From positions 6,060,001 through 6,092,000 of the forward strand of contig NC_003272.1 of the NCBI RefSeq assembly GCF_000009705.1: 32,000 nucleotides of DNA, in the 5' to 3' direction. Each line of letters begins with the position of its first letter. Position 1 is the first letter of the stretch. The notes below the pieces were generated by a model, which was not told the DNA's origin, did no database searches, and saw only the letters and a program-made list of their open reading frames with translations. Positions 27,242 through 32,000 of the stretch are shown here, piece by piece. Source of the DNA: Nostoc sp. PCC 7120 = FACHB-418. GTDB lineage: Bacteria; Cyanobacteriota; Cyanobacteriia; Cyanobacteriales; Nostocaceae. The position numbers and the translations under genes are program-made.

Positions 27242-29689
27242 TTAACTTTGAGACACCGCAGCACAGGTTAATAGTTGTTGCACCTGAGCAGAAGATTTAT
27301 CTGCAACTATCTCAATTTTGCCGTCAGTATTGCGATGCCAAGATGTAGCTTGCACAAGAGTTTGTGGAGGTGTTGGTATTTGGGCCTTGACTTCGTTGAT
27401 TTTCCTATATGCAGAGATATCGCGGATGTCTGACCAAGTGCGATCGCTCCTCACTTCCAGAGTAGGATTTTGCGGCACACCACCCCGTCCTGTAGCTACA
27501 AAACTACTATTATTAGCATTAGAACAGCCTGTAGCAATTTGTTGGGATGGATCGGTGACATTGGCGGGTAGTTCTACTAAACCTGAATTGGGATCAACAC
27601 CAACATTATTAACTTGTACTGTGCCATTCACCCCAAACTGTGAACTGGCAGTAATATCGTTTTCTGGTGTCAGTTGGGGGCGAAACTTCAGGCCAAAAAT
27701 ACCTTGAGTTGTAATTTGAATGTTACCACCGCGACCTGTGACTGCATTAGCCATAATATCACTGTTGTTAAATCCGACAATAACTGGCGAATTAATCATA
27801 ATATTGCCACCATCTCCTGAACCTAAAGCTGTTCCTATAATCAAACTCTGATCTCGAAGAATGAGCGCGTTTGTGTGGATATTCATATCACCACCTTGTC
27901 CTGAAGCTGTAAAACTCGCTAAAAACCCCTTATTTAACTCCACCATTTCAGTATTGATGTTCAGTGCGCCTGCATTCCCAATTCCATAGTTACCAGTATT
28001 AATTCTGGCTTCGTCACTAATTTTGAGGATAGGAGTATTGACAGTTACCTGTCCGGAAGAGCCTCTGGGAATTTCGCTCACATTTGATAATTGGGTATAA
28101 TAATTAGCCGTCAAAGAGCCAACAGTTGAAGAAATATTACTACCATAGGGAACACTTGGTGATCGACCACTTATATTAATGGATTCCGTCGCATTGACAG
28201 TCAAATCACCGGCATTACCTACTCCAAGACTGGCAGTAGTTACACTACCGCTTTCCTTGATTGTGAGTGTGCGAGTATTTAGTCTCAGTTTTCCAGCATT
28301 ACCACCACGTCCAATAGTAGTGTTAGAAATAATACTAGGAATACTGATGGGCGTTGCTCCAATGACATTTACATGAGCGGCATCAATTGTAACTGTACCA
28401 CTCGTACCAAGTCCAAAAGTTGTGGAGCCGAGATAACCACCATCCAACACAGATAAATTCTGTGTTGCGACTATCACATCACCAGCTTTCCCTGTAGAGA
28501 ATGTGAGTGTTCCAATTGCTGCATAGACTGAAGGGTCGGTAGAAATGTAACCATTGACATTCAAATTAGAGGTTGTGATGTTGATATAACCACTATCGGC
28601 AGATTTATAATTACGGTTAGCAACTACCGCACCGTTGTTAACACTTAAATTTGGTGTGACAACGCTAATATTACCACTCCTACCACTGCTGACGGCCTCG
28701 TTGATTATGCTGGTACGGATTTTCAAGTCAGTAGTCGCACCAGATAATTTCAGAGTATCAGAGGCGAACACATAAATATCTCCACCCTTTTGAATTCCTC
28801 GGTTCTGCACCCATAATACAGAGCCATCTGTGAGGCTAACTGTGCGACCTTGTACTTGAATAGAACCTGCATTGATACCATTGACATTCACAAGCGATCG
28901 CTCTGTAAAATCAATATCACCAAATGTAGAAGTTTTTTGATAATCCAGGTTAAATCCTTGACTGACTCTATTGAGTGTAACTTCACCTTCAGTTACACCA
29001 CCGAGTTCAACTCGTCCCTGGGGAGCAAACAAAATCCCACCATTCAGGTCAATAGAAGAACCCACAAGTGCTAATGTACGTCCCGATTTCACGGCCAAAT
29101 TAGTCTCTAATACTGTAGGAACATAGGGTGTGATCAGTGGATTTTGAGAGGTCAGATGATGTCCAGTTCCTTGTAAGGCAATCTTTCCTGAGTTTTGACC
29201 AAGCTGTAAGCCTATTGGTACACTCATAGTTAACAATGGCGACTGACTGAGCTTCGTTGCACTAAATTCTGTTCCATCAGCAAATTTAATAGTATTGGCA
29301 GTTGTGGCGACAAAAGAACCACCAATACTCAAACTGGTATTTTTGCCAAAAATAATCCCAGCAGGGTTGATTAAAAACAAGTTGGCATTACCCTTAGCAC
29401 TAATTTCACCATCAATGTGAGAAATATTGCCACCAGTCACCCGACTAAAAATGTTTTGAATATCAGTAGCATTGTCAAATGATACAGAACTACCTGGGGG
29501 AATAGAGAACTGACTAAAGCTATGAAATAAATTGTTGCCGACCTGAATGCCGTTTGTAATGCTGTAATTACTATCCACAACAGTGCCAAGGGTGTTATCA
29601 GAAGTTACTTGTGCATAAACACCATTGTTATTAACAGCAGATAAACAAATTGCACTCAGTATAACAAAGCCAACAAAAGCGAATTTCAT
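27242..29689 (-). CDS. TpsA-like exoprotein, paralog 3
   Basis: 815 aa. The signal peptide ends in VYAQV. Motifs GNNLFHSFSQFSI and ANLFLINPAGIIFG are present, with beta-helix repeats and the C-terminal module (GRGGVPQNP, WSDIRDIS, TSWHRN, TCAAV). Confidence 0.88.
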   Translation of the reverse strand: MKFAFVGFVILSAICLSAVNNNGVYAQVTSDNTLGTVVDSNYSITNGIQVGNNLFHSFSQFSIPPGSSVSFDNATDIQNIFSRVTGGNISHIDGEISAKGNANLFLINPAGIIFGKNTSLSIGGSFVATTANTIKFADGTEFSATKLSQSPLLTMSVPIGLQLGQNSGKIALQGTGHHLTSQNPLITPYVPTVLETNLAVKSGRTLALVGSSIDLNGGILFAPQGRVELGGVTEGEVTLNRVSQGFNLDYQKTSTFGDIDFTERSLVNVNGINAGSIQVQGRTVSLTDGSVLWVQNRGIQKGGDIYVFASDTLKLSGATTDLKIRTSIINEAVSSGRSGNISVVTPNLSVNNGAVVANRNYKSADSGYINITTSNLNVNGYISTDPSVYAAIGTLTFSTGKAGDVIVATQNLSVLDGGYLGSTTFGLGTSGTVTIDAAHVNVIGATPISIPSIISNTTIGRGGNAGKLRLNTRTLTIKESGSVTTASLGVGNAGDLTVNATESINISGRSPSVPYGSNISSTVGSLTANYYTQLSNVSEIPRGSSGQVTVNTPILKISDEARINTGNYGIGNAGALNINTEMVELNKGFLASFTASGQGGDMNIHTNALILRDQSLIIGTALGSGDGGNIMINSPVIVGFNNSDIMANAVTGRGGNIQITTQGIFGLKFRPQLTPENDITASSQFGVNGTVQVNNVGVDPNSGLVELPANVTDPSQQIATGCSNANNSSFVATGRGGVPQNPTLEVRSDRTWSDIRDISAYRKINEVKAQIPTPPQTLVQATSWHRNTDGKIEIVADKSSAQVQQLLTCAAVSQS

Positions 29690-29741
29690 TAGTCTAGTTC
29701 TTGTTTCTATTACGTATATATTATTCCCAGCTTAGTAAACT

Positions 29742-32000
29742 TTACAACATTAATTTATTTTGAGGTACAGATGCACAGGTTAAGGCTGTTTGTACCTGAG
29801 TCGGAGATTGATTGGCAGTTAATTCAATTTTGCCGTTAGCATTACGTCGCCAGGAATTAGCTTGCAGCAGTAATTCTGGAGATTTTGGTGTTTGTGCTTG
29901 TACTTGTACTAATTCTGTTTTGTGGAATGCAGAGATATCGCGGATGTCTGACCAAGTGCGATCGCTCCTCATTTCCTGCATAGGATTTTGTGGCACACCA
30001 CCCTTGCCTGTGGCAACAAAGCTACTACCAGTATTATTAGAACAACCACTAGCGATTTGTTGAGATGGGTCGGTGAGATTTTCTGATAATTCTACTAACC
30101 CAGAATTTGGATCGACACCAATATTATTTATTTGCACAGTGCCATTGACATTGAATTGGGAACTAGCAGTAATGTCATTTGTCAAAACTTCTCTAGGATT
30201 GAGAAGATTGCGATACTGCAACCCAATGATTCCCTGAGTTGCAATATGAATATTACCGCCCCTTCCTTGGACGGCATTGGCAATAACATCACTGTTTTCT
30301 AAACCGACAATATTTGGGGCTGTAATTTTAATATTACCGCCATTACCAACTGCCTCTGCACTGATGAAACTGCCATTACGCATCAGTAAGACATCGCGCA
30401 CTTGCAGATCAATATTACCTCCTTCGCCTGCATTGGCTTCAGAACGAAGTTTGCTAGCTAGATCCAACTTCAAATAATTAGCCTGAATGAGCATATTGCC
30501 GGCATTTCCTGTGCCTTTGCCGCTAACTACAATTTCGGTGCGATCGCTAAGACTCAAATCTTTTGTCGTTACATATACGGAACCCGCAACACCAGGGCCT
30601 GTAGAGGAGGCATACAACCCACTTGGGCCAGTAGCATCCAGAGAGTAAAGCAGTTGCCCACTTGGTACTTGACTCACACCTGCAATATTGATGGAATTGG
30701 CTTGAATAGCAATATTTCCGGCTTTACCATAGGTTTCAGTTGAGGTGGAAATTCGCCCTCCGTCCAGTAAGTTGAGCTTACCAACATTAAAAGTAATGTC
30801 GCCACCTTGTCCCTGACCCAGACTAATCAGTTTGTCAGTAGAGAAATCGTAGTTACCATTTGTTGATGCGAAAAATCGTGTGGCAACTCCAGTTGACGAA
30901 CTGCCACCCAAAATTACTTCGTCAGCATTAACAATAATGTTACCTGATGTACCTTCACCATAAGTACCAGTCCGAATACCAGGGCCGTTTAAGACCTCTA
31001 GTTTACCGACATTGAGAATTATATCTCCACCCCTACCTGTGGCAAATTCACGGATACTGGTACTCATCCCCGTCAAAAATGCAGGTTCACCTGTTGCAGT
31101 TTCACCTGTCACACTTAAGTTCTTGGCTGTGACAATAATATTGCCACCATCACCAGTTCCTCTAGCAGTAGCGCGTAATTCACCACCGTCCCGAATATTG
31201 ACTTGGGTGGCATCAATCGTGACATTACCACCTCGACCTTGGGAACCATTCATCGTATTAGATGCTAGTGTACTGACGCTAAATCGCTGCTTTGTCGGCG
31301 CATGGATGGCTTCCCCAATCACATTAACAGTTGTAGCTTTAACTGTAATATTGCCGGAATCTCCAATTCCATTGGTACGGGTGTTAATTTGTGCGCCATT
31401 TAAAACACTAAGAAGAGGTGTTTCAATTGTTATATCACCACCCCGTCCCCTAGCTGTTGGTTGAGAGTGAGTAGCAATTGCAGTGTTAGAAAGGGATGAG
31501 CGACCAATAAGTTCAAGGGATTCAGAGGCTTTGACTAGAATACCTTGTCCTGAACTTGTGCCTAAAGTGTGGGAAGTGATAGTTGAAGAACCAGACAAAG
31601 TTATTTTTTGCCCATGGAGAGCGATCGCCCCACCTTGGTTTCCACTGGTATCAACCTTGGCTACATTGCTAAAGTTAATATCTTGGAACTGAGCCACAGT
31701 ATTGAAATCTAAGCTGAATCCAGTAGTGTTTGCAGACAGTCCCACAATATTATTTGCTGCAACGCTCCCTAATTCAACTCTGCCATCGGTAGCAGTAATT
31801 GTACTCTGGTCAAAAGTTAAGTTATTTCCTACTAGTGCAAATGTGTTTCTCGCGGGAATTGCTAATTTTGACCCATAAACGTTAATTGAACTGGGACTGC
31901 TGCCCATTTGCAAACCAATCGGCACGCTCAAGGTGAGTAAAGCTGAATCCAGTGGACTTGTAGCACTAAACTTAAATCCATCAGCAAATTTAATACTTTC
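29742..32000 (-). CDS. TpsA-like exoprotein, paralog 4 (5' end lies beyond the window edge)
   Basis: The reading frame stays open to position 32000. The bases upstream of the ORF-track start translate to ESIKFADGFKFSATSPLDSALLT. The ORF-track Met at 31931 is a TTG inside the motif LSVPIGLQ, which aligns at about residue 160 of paralogs 1-3. The gene is therefore N-terminally truncated by the window and is longer than its neighbours. Confidence 0.85.
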   Translation of the reverse strand, partial: ESIKFADGFKFSATSPLDSALLTLSVPIGLQMGSSPSSINVYGSKLAIPARNTFALVGNNLTFDQSTITATDGRVELGSVAANNIVGLSANTTGFSLDFNTVAQFQDINFSNVAKVDTSGNQGGAIALHGQKITLSGSSTITSHTLGTSSGQGILVKASESLELIGRSSLSNTAIATHSQPTARGRGGDITIETPLLSVLNGAQINTRTNGIGDSGNITVKATTVNVIGEAIHAPTKQRFSVSTLASNTMNGSQGRGGNVTIDATQVNIRDGGELRATARGTGDGGNIIVTAKNLSVTGETATGEPAFLTGMSTSIREFATGRGGDIILNVGKLEVLNGPGIRTGTYGEGTSGNIIVNADEVILGGSSSTGVATRFFASTNGNYDFSTDKLISLGQGQGGDITFNVGKLNLLDGGRISTSTETYGKAGNIAIQANSINIAGVSQVPSGQLLYSLDATGPSGLYASSTGPGVAGSVYVTTKDLSLSDRTEIVVSGKGTGNAGNMLIQANYLKLDLASKLRSEANAGEGGNIDLQVRDVLLMRNGSFISAEAVGNGGNIKITAPNIVGLENSDVIANAVQGRGGNIHIATQGIIGLQYRNLLNPREVLTNDITASSQFNVNGTVQINNIGVDPNSGLVELSENLTDPSQQIASGCSNNTGSSFVATGKGGVPQNPMQEMRSDRTWSDIRDISAFHKTELVQVQAQTPKSPELLLQANSWRRNANGKIELTANQSPTQVQTALTCASVPQNKLML

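Noticed and set aside
22134-32000. Interpreting the array as a contact-dependent inhibition (CdiA-CT/CdiI) locus with orphan toxin cassettes.
   Set aside because: The C-termini are the most conserved part of the proteins rather than polymorphic. No VENN-like demarcation is seen, and the 52-80-bp spacers leave no room for immunity genes.

Overview
The window looks like chromosomal DNA from a filamentous, Nostoc/Anabaena-type cyanobacterium. The octamer palindrome GCGATCGC (HIP1) recurs throughout, and STRR-type heptanucleotide tandem repeats sit in intergenic spacers. I saw no integrase, transposase, CRISPR array or prophage signature. Positions 1-22 kb are mostly housekeeping genes: rdgB, a phosphohexomutase, a DedA protein, a Gfo/Idh/MocA oxidoreductase, queC, a CNNM/CBS/CorC transporter-like protein, a tRNA with a CAU anticodon, pyrE, a GT2 glycosyltransferase and dapL. 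Three loci stand out. (1) 22.1-32.0 kb holds a head-to-tail array of at least four paralogous TpsA-like (two-partner-secretion passenger, filamentous-haemagglutinin-like) exoproteins. Their N- and C-terminal modules are conserved and their centres are variable, with clear mosaic or gene-conversion structure. No TpsB transporter or immunity-like ORF lies in the window. (2) 2.36-4.0 kb holds a tightly coupled pair in a housekeeping context. It consists of a ParM/StbA-like actin-fold ATPase followed by a small protein with a putative ribbon-helix-helix region, a coiled coil and an acidic tail, resembling ParR. (3) 11.4-19.7 kb holds a 1906-aa alpha-2-macroglobulin-family lipoprotein divergent from pbpC. 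Its translation contains no CxEQ thioester motif. All functional calls rest on motif recognition in the supplied translations, and no database search was possible.
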